Shown here piece after piece: positions 1-7,505 of a stretch of 14,968 bases of DNA. Where the stretch lies: NCBI GenBank assembly GCA_043801585.1, contig JAZDLX010000052.1, positions 1-14,968 on the forward strand, given 5' to 3'. A program made the translations under genes and the position numbers. Under the pieces are notes generated by a model that made no database searches, had not been told where the DNA came from, and saw only the letters and a program-made list of their open reading frames with translations. Position 1 is the stretch's first letter, and each line of letters begins with the position of its first letter. The stretch is from a bacterium (GTDB taxonomy: Bacteria; Electryoneota; Electryoneia; Electryoneales; Electryoneaceae).

Positions 1-432
1 CAAACTGATTTCTGGGATGACTACCAGCACTTGAAACGTGAAACCAGCATGCTGCGTGACAGCGTCCAGCGGCTCAATGTAATCCGTGGACGCTACCACG
101 CCTTGATGGATTCGCCGGGTGTGTTCGTCGCCTTCCTCGACAACGAGGGGCGTTTTCTCGACATCAACCTCGGGGGTCTTTCCCTGTTGGGGATGGATGC
201 CAGAGAGGTCGTCGGCATGCAGCACGTTCAGGTTTTTTCAGGCGAGCCCTCTCGCGCCATCGGCGGAAAGGCCAGCGAAGCGATCCGGACCGGACAAACG
301 GTCGATTTCGCCTGGTCCCTCACCACTCGCAACGGAACCGTCCACCAACTCAGCGCAACCGCGTCCCCTGTCCGTGACGAAACGGGAACCGTCGTCGCAG
401 CTTGTGTCATCGCATTCCATCAGCAGCCTTAG
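1..432 (+). CDS. PAS/PAC domain-containing protein, C-terminal part (probably 5'-truncated by the window edge)
   Basis: Frame is open from base 1 to TAG at 430-432. Translation has PAS hallmarks (LMDSPGVFVAFLDNEGRFLDIN...LLGMDAREVVG) and a PAC-like end (TRNGTVHQLSATASPVRDETGTVVAAC). Confidence 0.8.
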   Translation, partial: QTDFWDDYQHLKRETSMLRDSVQRLNVIRGRYHALMDSPGVFVAFLDNEGRFLDINLGGLSLLGMDAREVVGMQHVQVFSGEPSRAIGGKASEAIRTGQTVDFAWSLTTRNGTVHQLSATASPVRDETGTVVAACVIAFHQQP

Positions 433-645
433 CCAACCGCAGTTGCCGATTGGAGCTCTGCCCAACGCTGATTGGGACGCTGAATCCGTTGACGGAGATT
501 TACTCCTCCTCGTTTCGATTGCAGTTTCTTTGAAAGAAGCTGTTTCAGTTCCCATTAACCAATTCGTTCTGAAAGAACCCCTCTTCGGGTGAGCGGACGA
601 TTCAGGTTGTATCTTTCTGGACCCGAAATCTTCAGGAGAATCGCA

Positions 646-1629
646 ATGACTGGCAAGCGATTGATCCAATGGATCGTGTTCTTTTCAATCCCGATGATCC
701 TTGTCCTCGGTTGCGGGGACGGGTCGCCAGACTCGAATAATGATGGCAACAACCTGCCGATCATTTCCACACAACGCACTCGACTGGTTGAATCTGGCGC
801 TCAGCCTGTCTGGGTGAGCGATCAGAATGAGCAGTTTCTTTTTTCCTACAAACAGGGTGAGGGACCCGAGGGGATTTATCTCTCTGACCTCGATGGGAAT
901 GCGACGTCGTTATGGGAGAATTCTCAGAACCACGATTATGTGCCCTCCCCGGACGGAAGCATGGTGGCGTTCAGCGTCCCCGGTCTGGACGACGGACTTG
1001 TTGTCGTAACCATCGCCGACGGCGCCAGCAGCGTTTTTCTCGCCGGCGGACGCCACCCGGCGTGGAGAGGCGACGAGGACCTGATTGCTGAAACCGAAGA
1101 GGGCGCGATCGTTTCGGTGAACCTGCTCACGGAAGCGATCACGCAAATCAGCAACAGCGGAATCCAACCCGTCACCGACCTGACAGGCACGAACGTCGTC
1201 TATTATCGCAACGCCGGTTTATTGGGACTGCGTCTGATGTGGCAGGCTGAATCCGGGGAGATCTGGTCATCAGCGGTGCAGATCGCTTCAGAGGTTGGCA
1301 CCGACGTTATTTTCAGTCCGACCGGAGCATCCGTCTACGTCAGCGTTCTGGACATCGAGAACCAGAGTGTTGTTACCTATCTACCGCTGGTGGTGAACCC
1401 CACGAGAACTCCGATGCTGCAGGCGGCGTTGCGGCCGTCAATCAGCGGCGACGGCGAACATCTCTATGCGAACCGGATCTCCAGCAAACAACCCCGGTCG
1501 CTCTGGCACACCTCGCTGTTGGTGGGAGATCTCGGGATCATCCTCGACGCCTCCTTTGCGGCTGCGGAGGCCCAGGGCAAAGCGCTGCTGGCGGAAAGCG
1601 ACTGGGGGATCGAGCGCATTACGTTTTAA
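646..1629 (+). CDS. Lipoprotein with TolB/PD40-like beta-propeller repeats
   Basis: AGGAGA RBS at 634-639 before ATG 646. Signal peptide MTGKRLIQWIVFFSIPMILVLGC with lipobox-like VLGC. PD40-like motifs PSPDGSMVAF, HPAWRGD, FSPTGASVY, PSISGDGEHL. Confidence 0.7.
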   Translation: MTGKRLIQWIVFFSIPMILVLGCGDGSPDSNNDGNNLPIISTQRTRLVESGAQPVWVSDQNEQFLFSYKQGEGPEGIYLSDLDGNATSLWENSQNHDYVPSPDGSMVAFSVPGLDDGLVVVTIADGASSVFLAGGRHPAWRGDEDLIAETEEGAIVSVNLLTEAITQISNSGIQPVTDLTGTNVVYYRNAGLLGLRLMWQAESGEIWSSAVQIASEVGTDVIFSPTGASVYVSVLDIENQSVVTYLPLVVNPTRTPMLQAALRPSISGDGEHLYANRISSKQPRSLWHTSLLVGDLGIILDASFAAAEAQGKALLAESDWGIERITF

Positions 1630-1636
1630 CAATGAC

Positions 1637-1737
1637 AAATTAAAAAGGGGACACGTACCTTTTAATTTCATCATCAGCATTACTAATAACATAGTGAGAC
1701 GTCGGAAATTAAAAGGTACGTGTCCCCTTTTTAATTT
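1637..1737. repeat. Perfect 33-bp inverted repeat element (GGGGACA-core, REP/REPIN-like); may also act as a bidirectional terminator
   Basis: 1637-1669 AAATTAAAAAGGGGACACGTACCTTTTAATTTC is the exact reverse complement of 1705-1737, with a 35-bp spacer. It lies between convergent stop codons. Confidence 0.9.
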
Positions 1738-2402
1738 CACTCCTCGAAGGGCGTCATCCTGCGGGCGAGATAGACGATCGGGGTGTCGAGCACCGAAATC
1801 GTCACCTTGAGGGTCCAGTAAACAAGGATGAACTGGCCGATCCCCTCCATCCTGCCCCAGAATCCAATGAAGACGAAGATCACCGTATCGACACCCTGCG
1901 CAACCGTCGTGGCAACGATGTTTCGAAGCCACAGGTATTTGCCCTGGGTGAGCCGCTCGATGGTGCGGAAGAGGAAGATGTTCAGACTCTGGCTGATCGG
2001 ATAGGCGATCATCGCTCCCGCGACGATCCGTGGAAGCGTGCGGAACAGGCGGTCCATCGCGTTCGCCGTTTCAAAATCCGCTGCGGGTCTGGCAGCGATG
2101 ACAAAAAATCCTGTTCCAACCAGTGTAATCAGCGAAAGGTAGCCGAGTTTCACCGCACGGTATGCCGCCTTCTCGCCGTATTGATCCGCGAGTACTTTGC
2201 CGGTCAGGAAAATCCCCGCGTAGATCGGCGCCCCAATGCTGGCGACAAATCCGAAAACACTCGCGATTTTGACGAAATAGACGCTGCTGATGATTGTGAA
2301 GGCAACACTCGCCGCAATCAGTCCCTCCCGCCCGAAACGGGCTGCAGCGAGAGTAATGGCAAATGAAAAGAGCATCAAAGCAAAGAACAGGAATTCGTTC
2401 AT
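1737..2402 (-). CDS. VUT family (YhhQ/DUF165-like) putative queuosine-precursor transporter
   Basis: 221 aa, multiple TM helices. Family-typical segments: FVKIASVFG, IFLTGKVLADQYGEKAA, RIVAGAMIAYPISQSLNIFLF, KYLWLRNIVATTVAQGVDTVIFVFIGF, LDTPIVY. Confidence 0.85.
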   Translation of the reverse strand: MNEFLFFALMLFSFAITLAAARFGREGLIAASVAFTIISSVYFVKIASVFGFVASIGAPIYAGIFLTGKVLADQYGEKAAYRAVKLGYLSLITLVGTGFFVIAARPAADFETANAMDRLFRTLPRIVAGAMIAYPISQSLNIFLFRTIERLTQGKYLWLRNIVATTVAQGVDTVIFVFIGFWGRMEGIGQFILVYWTLKVTISVLDTPIVYLARRMTPFEE

Positions 2403-2422
2403 CGGCGCCTGCTTCAGGGAGG

Positions 2423-3112
2423 CTATTGACGGGTTGAGTGGATGGCGGCTACATAGGGCGCCAGTTTCGATTCATCCAGATGATAATCGGTGCGAATGCC
2501 GGTGCAGATATCGACCCCGAAGGGTTGAACCGTTCGGATCGCCTCGGCGACATTGTTCGGATTCAACCCCCCGGCGAGAAACACCGGCACGTCGACATTG
2601 TCCACGATACGTCTGGAAAGACTCCAGTCATGGACTTTTCCGGTCCCGCCGAGTGTGGGGATGTCAGCATCCGGCCTACCCGAATCGAGCAGGATGGCAT
2701 CCGTTGTTTCGGCAACCTCGAGGGCTTCCTCCACGGAGGCTTCTCCCGCCATGTGGATTACCTGCACAACCTTGACCCAGGGAATCACCTTGTGAATCGC
2801 CCGCCGGACTTCCGGATCGACACGACTGCATAGCTGGAGGGTGCTCGCCCCGGTGCGAACGTGTTGTTCCAGGATATCCTCGAACTTCGTCTTGCTGGTC
2901 AACAGGAACGTGGAAATCCCGGGCGGCACGGTGGCGATGATCTCCGCGATCCTGGCCTCCGGAATCGGGCCCGGTCCGCTCGGCATCGCGGACACCAGCC
3001 CAAGGGCATCCGCACCGTAACGGATCGCAAGCGCCGCCTCCTCCGCACTCTGAATGCAGCAGATCTTGATGCGCGTTCGATTGTTGGGGAGTCTGTCTCT
3101 ACTCCTCGCCAC
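2423..3112 (-). CDS. trpF: Phosphoribosylanthranilate isomerase (TrpF family), stand-alone
   Basis: RIKICCI, GADALGLV, LLDSG, GGTGKVHDW, VFLAGGLNPNNV and PFGVDICTG motifs. Start placed at GTG 3112 (GGAG 7 nt upstream), overlapping the lipocalin stop; exact start uncertain. Confidence 0.85.
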   Translation of the reverse strand: MARSRDRLPNNRTRIKICCIQSAEEAALAIRYGADALGLVSAMPSGPGPIPEARIAEIIATVPPGISTFLLTSKTKFEDILEQHVRTGASTLQLCSRVDPEVRRAIHKVIPWVKVVQVIHMAGEASVEEALEVAETTDAILLDSGRPDADIPTLGGTGKVHDWSLSRRIVDNVDVPVFLAGGLNPNNVAEAIRTVQPFGVDICTGIRTDYHLDESKLAPYVAAIHSTRQ

Positions 3113-3725
3113 GACTTGTCTCCATTTCAGGCCCTGCGCCTTCCGGTTGCGGAGTCGGAACGAGTTCCGTTGTGTTGACACCTCGTTCGCGGAGTATTCT
3201 AAGTATCGTCTGGTAAAGGGATTCGGGCATCTGAGGCTCCCGGCAAAAGATGCGAAGCCTCATCCGGTCCGGTCCCAGTACGACGGACCAGGAGTAATCA
3301 GCCGCCTTGTCGATCACCCAGTAATCGGCGGCGATATTCAGTCCGAGACGCACTTTCATCCGCCCCGCTTTGTTTGGATCGACCCGCCAGAGCAACCCTT
3401 TCGCCACACGCTGGGGGCCGTCGAAGGTACCGATTGTGCAGGTATTCCGGACGCGAAGCCGGCTTCCCTGCAACGTGTATTCGGACACGTTTCCGATACA
3501 GTCAAGATTCTGGCGCGTGGGAATTCGTGCGATTTCGTACCAGGTTCCAGAATACGCTTCCATGTCCAGTTCATCCACCGGTTCCGGCGCACTGGACCGT
3601 CGCCGGCTTCGCAGCGCCAGCATCACCAGCACACCCGTCACGGATACAAGCGCCATGATGATCAGCGCCCAGGGACCGCCCATGTAGATCTTCAACGGGT
3701 TGCGGATATTCCCTTTCTCGGCCAT
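3099..3725 (-). CDS. Bacterial lipocalin (Blc-like) with N-terminal membrane anchor
   Basis: Lipocalin SCR1 motif LDMEAYSGTWYEIARIP, plus ADYWVIDKAADYSWSVV and LRIFCREPQM. GGAGGG RBS before ATG at 3725. Confidence 0.85.
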   Translation of the reverse strand: MAEKGNIRNPLKIYMGGPWALIIMALVSVTGVLVMLALRSRRRSSAPEPVDELDMEAYSGTWYEIARIPTRQNLDCIGNVSEYTLQGSRLRVRNTCTIGTFDGPQRVAKGLLWRVDPNKAGRMKVRLGLNIAADYWVIDKAADYSWSVVLGPDRMRLRIFCREPQMPESLYQTILRILRERGVNTTELVPTPQPEGAGPEMETSRGEE

Positions 3726-3953
3726 TGTGCCCTCCAAGGCAGCAAAACGTCCCTCGGACCCTGCTCACCCTCACCCCCAAACAGGCCGGGAGTGCAGAAT
3801 AACCAAAAGCGGAGGGGTGCTTCAAGTCCATTGTGACAACCCGCGCTCTTTCAATCAAACCGATCGAATCCGCACCTCCCGGTGAATTGCCCGGGGGATC
3901 ATGCTGGCATATCTTGCTGAATCCTTGAAAAAGCCAACCAGGGTGAGGAGTCC

Positions 3954-6032
3954 ATGGACCAGAAACCGGTTTCAGAACTGACTCTCCGCGCCGTCCTTTC
4001 AGGTCTCTTCGTTGGGTGCCTGATCGGCGCATCCAATGTCACCATCGGCCTTAAGATCGGGTGGACCTTTGGAGCGGGCATCACCGCCGCCGTAATCAGT
4101 TTCGCTATTTTCTCCACCCTCCGGAGCATGCGCCGTCCATTTGACGAACGCGAGAACCTGATCGCGGCCACCGCGGGCTCCTCCTCAGGAACGATGGCAA
4201 GCGCGGGCGGCTTCGTCAGCGCGATCCCAGCGCTCGAGATGATCCGCATGGCGAACGGTCAGCCGCCCCTGCCCTACCACAGCCTGGTGATCTGGGGAAT
4301 GGCTGTTGCCTTCCTCGGCGTCCATTTCGCGGTTCCGCTCCGCAAACAGATGGTCGTCACCGAAAAGCTGCGCTATCCCACCGGCACCGCCACCGCCGAG
4401 ACGATCAAGGCGATGTATGCCTCCGGAGCTGAGGCAATGAAGAAAACGAAGATGCTGATCTGGTGTGGTGTCGGCGCCGCCGCCCTGAAACTGCTCTACC
4501 TCGCTTTCCCGGACACCATCGGCACCCTCGAGGATTTCTCACTGAACGATATCGGGCTCGCCAGCGTCGCCATCCTCAGCATCCCGGTGTACCAACTTCA
4601 GATCGGATTCAACCTCTCGCCGATGATGCTCGGCGCGGGAGTGCTGATCGGTCCGCGCGTCGGCTGGTCTTTGCTCGCGGGTGCAATCATCGCCTGGGGC
4701 ATCATGACTCCGATCCTGATCAACAACGGCACCGTGGAGGTATCGCCGAACATCGGGGCTGTCACGTCGGCGCTGGAACGAAGCGCGGAAAGACCCGATT
4801 CACGCCACGCCCGTAACGCCCTGGGTATCGCGGTCGATGAAGCGTTGACACGGGCCGAGGCGATCGCCAGCCACCGCTCGGGAGTGAATACGGTAGAGGT
4901 ACTTCGCCACTACAACGCCCCGGCGGAACTGCTCCGTGAAGCGGGCATGGTACCTGAAGACGAGGCGAAACCCGTGCCGGAGATCACCAACGCCCCGACC
5001 ACTACCAACCCCTACCGCAGCGGGTTCAACTGGGTGCTGTGGACCGGTGTCGCCCTGATGATCACATCGTCGTTCACCACCCTCGCAATGCAGTACAAAA
5101 CCATTGCGCGAACGTTCGGCAGCATGCGGGCTGCTGTACGGAGGAAAAACGGTGGTGATGCAGTCAAAAACGATTCCGACGAAGAGGAAGAGCCCGACGC
5201 CCCCGATCCTTACCCGATGAAATACTGGGTGATCGGCATGGCCCTGGCAACAACGCTGACCGTCACCCTCGCCCGGATCTATTTCAGCATTCCGATCTGG
5301 GAATCGCTGCTGGCGGTCTTCATCTCGATGTTCATTGCGGCGATTGCGGTGCGAGCCACCGGAGAGACGGATATCAACCCGGTCGGAGCGATGGGCAAAA
5401 TCACCCAGGTGATCTACGGTGCCCTGGCCCCGGGCAGGATGGTCCACAACCTGATGGCTGCGGCGATCACCAGCGCGGGCGCCTCCCAGGCGGGCGACCT
5501 GATGCAGGATCTGAAAGCGGGGTACATGCTCCGCGTGTCCGTGCGCCGCCAGGTGCTCACCCAATTGACCGGTGTGATCGTCGGGGTGTTCGCGGCGGCG
5601 GCAACCTACCGTGTGCTGACCATCGTTTATGAGATCCCCGGACCGGAGTTCCCCGGACCGGCGGTGTTCGCGTGGTACAAGATGGCGGAGATCCTCGCCG
5701 TCGGACTCAAAGCGCTTCCCGCGGGAGCGTTGTGGGGCGCGGCGGTCGGCGGCGGAATTGGTATCCTCCTCCCGCTGCTTGGCAAATTCGGTCCCGGCTG
5801 GCTGAAGAAGTGGCTGCCCAGTTCGGTGGCCTTCGGGATCGCCTTCATGGTTCCGGCGGTTTACAGCATCGGGATGTGGCTCGGCGCGGTGCTGACCTAT
5901 GCCTACAACAGGAAACATCCGGTGCGGGTGGACAAATACGGCGCGTCGCTGGCCTCCGGTTTCATCGCCGGGGAGGGGTTGATGATGGTCGCCTTCGCGC
6001 TCTACCTGATGTTCACGCAGGTGCTGTTCTGA
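3954..6032 (+). CDS. OPT family oligopeptide/metal-chelate transporter
   Basis: GAGGAG RBS. Motifs ELTLRAVLSG, GLKIGW, ENLIAAT, PLRKQMVVTEKLRYPTGTATA, RATGETDINP, AGDLMQDLKAG, ASGFIAGEGL; many TM helices. Confidence 0.92.
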   Translation: MDQKPVSELTLRAVLSGLFVGCLIGASNVTIGLKIGWTFGAGITAAVISFAIFSTLRSMRRPFDERENLIAATAGSSSGTMASAGGFVSAIPALEMIRMANGQPPLPYHSLVIWGMAVAFLGVHFAVPLRKQMVVTEKLRYPTGTATAETIKAMYASGAEAMKKTKMLIWCGVGAAALKLLYLAFPDTIGTLEDFSLNDIGLASVAILSIPVYQLQIGFNLSPMMLGAGVLIGPRVGWSLLAGAIIAWGIMTPILINNGTVEVSPNIGAVTSALERSAERPDSRHARNALGIAVDEALTRAEAIASHRSGVNTVEVLRHYNAPAELLREAGMVPEDEAKPVPEITNAPTTTNPYRSGFNWVLWTGVALMITSSFTTLAMQYKTIARTFGSMRAAVRRKNGGDAVKNDSDEEEEPDAPDPYPMKYWVIGMALATTLTVTLARIYFSIPIWESLLAVFISMFIAAIAVRATGETDINPVGAMGKITQVIYGALAPGRMVHNLMAAAITSAGASQAGDLMQDLKAGYMLRVSVRRQVLTQLTGVIVGVFAAAATYRVLTIVYEIPGPEFPGPAVFAWYKMAEILAVGLKALPAGALWGAAVGGGIGILLPLLGKFGPGWLKKWLPSSVAFGIAFMVPAVYSIGMWLGAVLTYAYNRKHPVRVDKYGASLASGFIAGEGLMMVAFALYLMFTQVLF

Positions 6033-6083
6033 TCGGCGGACTCATGTCGCGCCAGCGATTCGCAGCATGGTGAAAGTTGTTTG

Positions 6084-6117
6084 GCCCTGTCGGCTTGTCC
6101 GACAGGGTTTATTTGTA
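6084..6117 (+). terminator. Probable intrinsic terminator of the OPT gene
   Basis: CCCTGTCGG-cttgt-CCGACAGGG (6085-6107, 9-bp perfect stem) followed by TTTATTTGT, about 50 bp after the stop. Confidence 0.7.
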
Positions 6118-6148
6118 TTCGACAGTTTACTGTGAAACTCGGCCCGGC

Positions 6149-6285
6149 GGGTGGCCCGGGTTGTCCGCCAACCGGCGGATTACCCGGGTCTTATATAAAG
6201 CCGCACATCAGCCAACCAAGATCCGACACTTTCCATCCTTTTGAAACCCGGGAAATGAACCTTTGGTTCACATCCCGGGCCACCC
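6149..6285. repeat. Inverted doublet of GTGG-footed hairpins (REP/REPIN-like)
   Basis: Unit A (+, 6149-6190) GGGTGGCCCGGG-TTGT-CCGCC-AACC-GGCGG-ATTA-CCCGGGTC. Unit B (-, 6285-6244) GGGTGGCCCGGG-ATGT-GAACC-AAA-GGTTC-ATTT-CCCGGGTT. Same architecture, opposite orientation. Confidence 0.8.
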
Positions 6286-6395
6286 TTCACAAAAGGAGTG
6301 TTTATGATCCGATACAACTCCGACTGTCATACGTCTCCTTCTACGGGTACCTTTCATCCAAGAGAACATTCTGCCGGGGGAGAAAGGACGGCTCA

Positions 6396-6950
6396 ATGGG
6401 CGCAACGAGACCGAGCGATGAATCCGTACGAAAAGCTACCGAACGCGGTTGGGATGAGTGGTTCTCCCTGCTTGACCGGGCGGGGATGAGCGACAAGGAC
6501 CACAAATCCATCGTCGCGACGGTCAAGGCTATGGGCGAAAAAAGCGGCTGGTGGCAGCAGGAGATCACCGTTCAGTACGAGCGTGCCCGAGGGCTTCGTG
6601 ACATCCACCAGCGTTCCGCCGGCCATTACGAAATCAGCCGCCTGAGAACCTTCCCGGTCAGCGACGAAGAACTGATCGCCTTCGTCACCGATGGACGAAA
6701 GCGCGGTTCCTGGATCGACGTCAAGCTCCCGAAACCCGAGCGGAAGGTGCTCTCCGGCAATCCGCTCTTCACCTTCCCCTGGCCCGGCGGCAAAACAACT
6801 CTGCAGATCGTTGTCGAGAACAAAGGACCGAAGAAAGCCTCGATCACCGTGGTCCACCGCGACCTCGCCGGACCCGCCGAGTGCGAGGAGAAGAAAGCCT
6901 ACTGGACAGAGCGCCTCACTGTTTTGAAACAGCGCATCGACACACGTTGA
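6396..6950 (+). CDS. Conserved hypothetical protein, DUF4287-like N-terminus plus SRPBCC/START-like C-terminus
   Basis: AAAGGA RBS before ATG 6396; the ORF-track extension from 6081 runs through repeats and is unlikely. Motifs SDESVRKATERGWDEWFSLLD, GWWQQEITVQYERARGLR, ITVVHRDL...KKAYWTERL. Confidence 0.7.
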   Translation: MGATRPSDESVRKATERGWDEWFSLLDRAGMSDKDHKSIVATVKAMGEKSGWWQQEITVQYERARGLRDIHQRSAGHYEISRLRTFPVSDEELIAFVTDGRKRGSWIDVKLPKPERKVLSGNPLFTFPWPGGKTTLQIVVENKGPKKASITVVHRDLAGPAECEEKKAYWTERLTVLKQRIDTR

Positions 6951-6967
6951 TCCTTAACAAACCCCGC

Positions 6968-7019
6968 AATTCCGGGACAGTATGCCATCATTCAATTATT
7001 AGCATCCTGTCCCGGGTTT
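6968..7019. repeat. Degenerate GGGACA-core inverted repeat between convergent genes
   Basis: CCGGGACAGTATGC (6972-6985) pairs with GCATCCTGTCCCGG (7002-7015), 13/14 match. AATT precedes the left arm, as in the other copies. Confidence 0.65.
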
Positions 7020-7069
7020 TCATCGAGGGTCATAATATCATCAACTAGTATATCAGCGCCCTCTATTTC

Positions 7070-7324
7070 CTATTCCGCCTTCGGCGTCTCCTCCGTTCCC
7101 GGTTCTTTTCTCCCCGTCATCAGGGAAAAGTGGACATGCGCCGCGAAACCGATCAGCGCCGGAATATTCCCCAGCAGGCCGAGCCAGAAATAACGGCTGG
7201 CGTACCAGGATCTTTTAATCTTCAGATGAATCCGTGCAATCTCATAGGAAGCGATCGCGCTGGCGAGAGCCCAAACGGCCATGATTTGCCTGATTGCATC
7301 GACAGAATGTTTCAGATCTTCCAT
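7070..7324 (-). CDS. Small hypothetical membrane protein (84 aa, two hydrophobic segments)
   Basis: AGGGGG RBS before ATG at 7324. Hydrophobic stretches IMAVWALASAIASY and YFWLGLLGNIPALIGFAA, then a charged tail. Confidence 0.6.
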   Translation of the reverse strand: MEDLKHSVDAIRQIMAVWALASAIASYEIARIHLKIKRSWYASRYFWLGLLGNIPALIGFAAHVHFSLMTGRKEPGTEETPKAE

Positions 7325-7505
7325 CGTACCCCCTGTTTTTTTCAAACTTTTTTCGTAAAATATCACCGGGAAAACATTCAACTCATGCCCCATCTGAAGA
7401 ATGATAAAAAATCCTTCGACGGAGTCGCTGAGATGGAAAACGCTTGAGAAGGATTTAAATAATGAACACTTTTCCTTATGCTTCCGCTGAACGAGGGAAT
7501 GTTGG

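Noticed and set aside
500..550. Hammerhead ribozyme on the minus strand (CTGA...stem...CGAAAC)
   Set aside because: The core reads CTGAAAC rather than CTGANGA, and the flanking stems do not fit.
1624..1740. Integron attC interpretation of the gene-end palindromes (TAAC near stops at 1627 and 6955)
   Set aside because: No matching GTTRRRY end, no extrahelical-base pattern, flanking genes are convergent, and there is no integrase.
2403..2422. preQ1 riboswitch upstream of the VUT gene
   Set aside because: Only 20 bp separate it from trpF, and no preQ1 consensus is visible.
3904..3919. Sigma54-like TGGCATATCTTGCT upstream of the OPT gene
   Set aside because: Spacing is GG-N8-GC, not the required GG-N10-GC.
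6081..6395. N-terminal extensions in the ORF track (6081, 13159, 12000, 589, 3181, 7393)
   Set aside because: They run through terminators, repeats, promoters or neighbouring genes, and downstream starts have clear RBSs.
6396..6950. Functional link of the SRPBCC/Aha1-like protein to HtpG
   Set aside because: It is about 7 kb away in a separate transcription unit, and bacterial SRPBCC proteins are mostly unrelated to Hsp90 activation.
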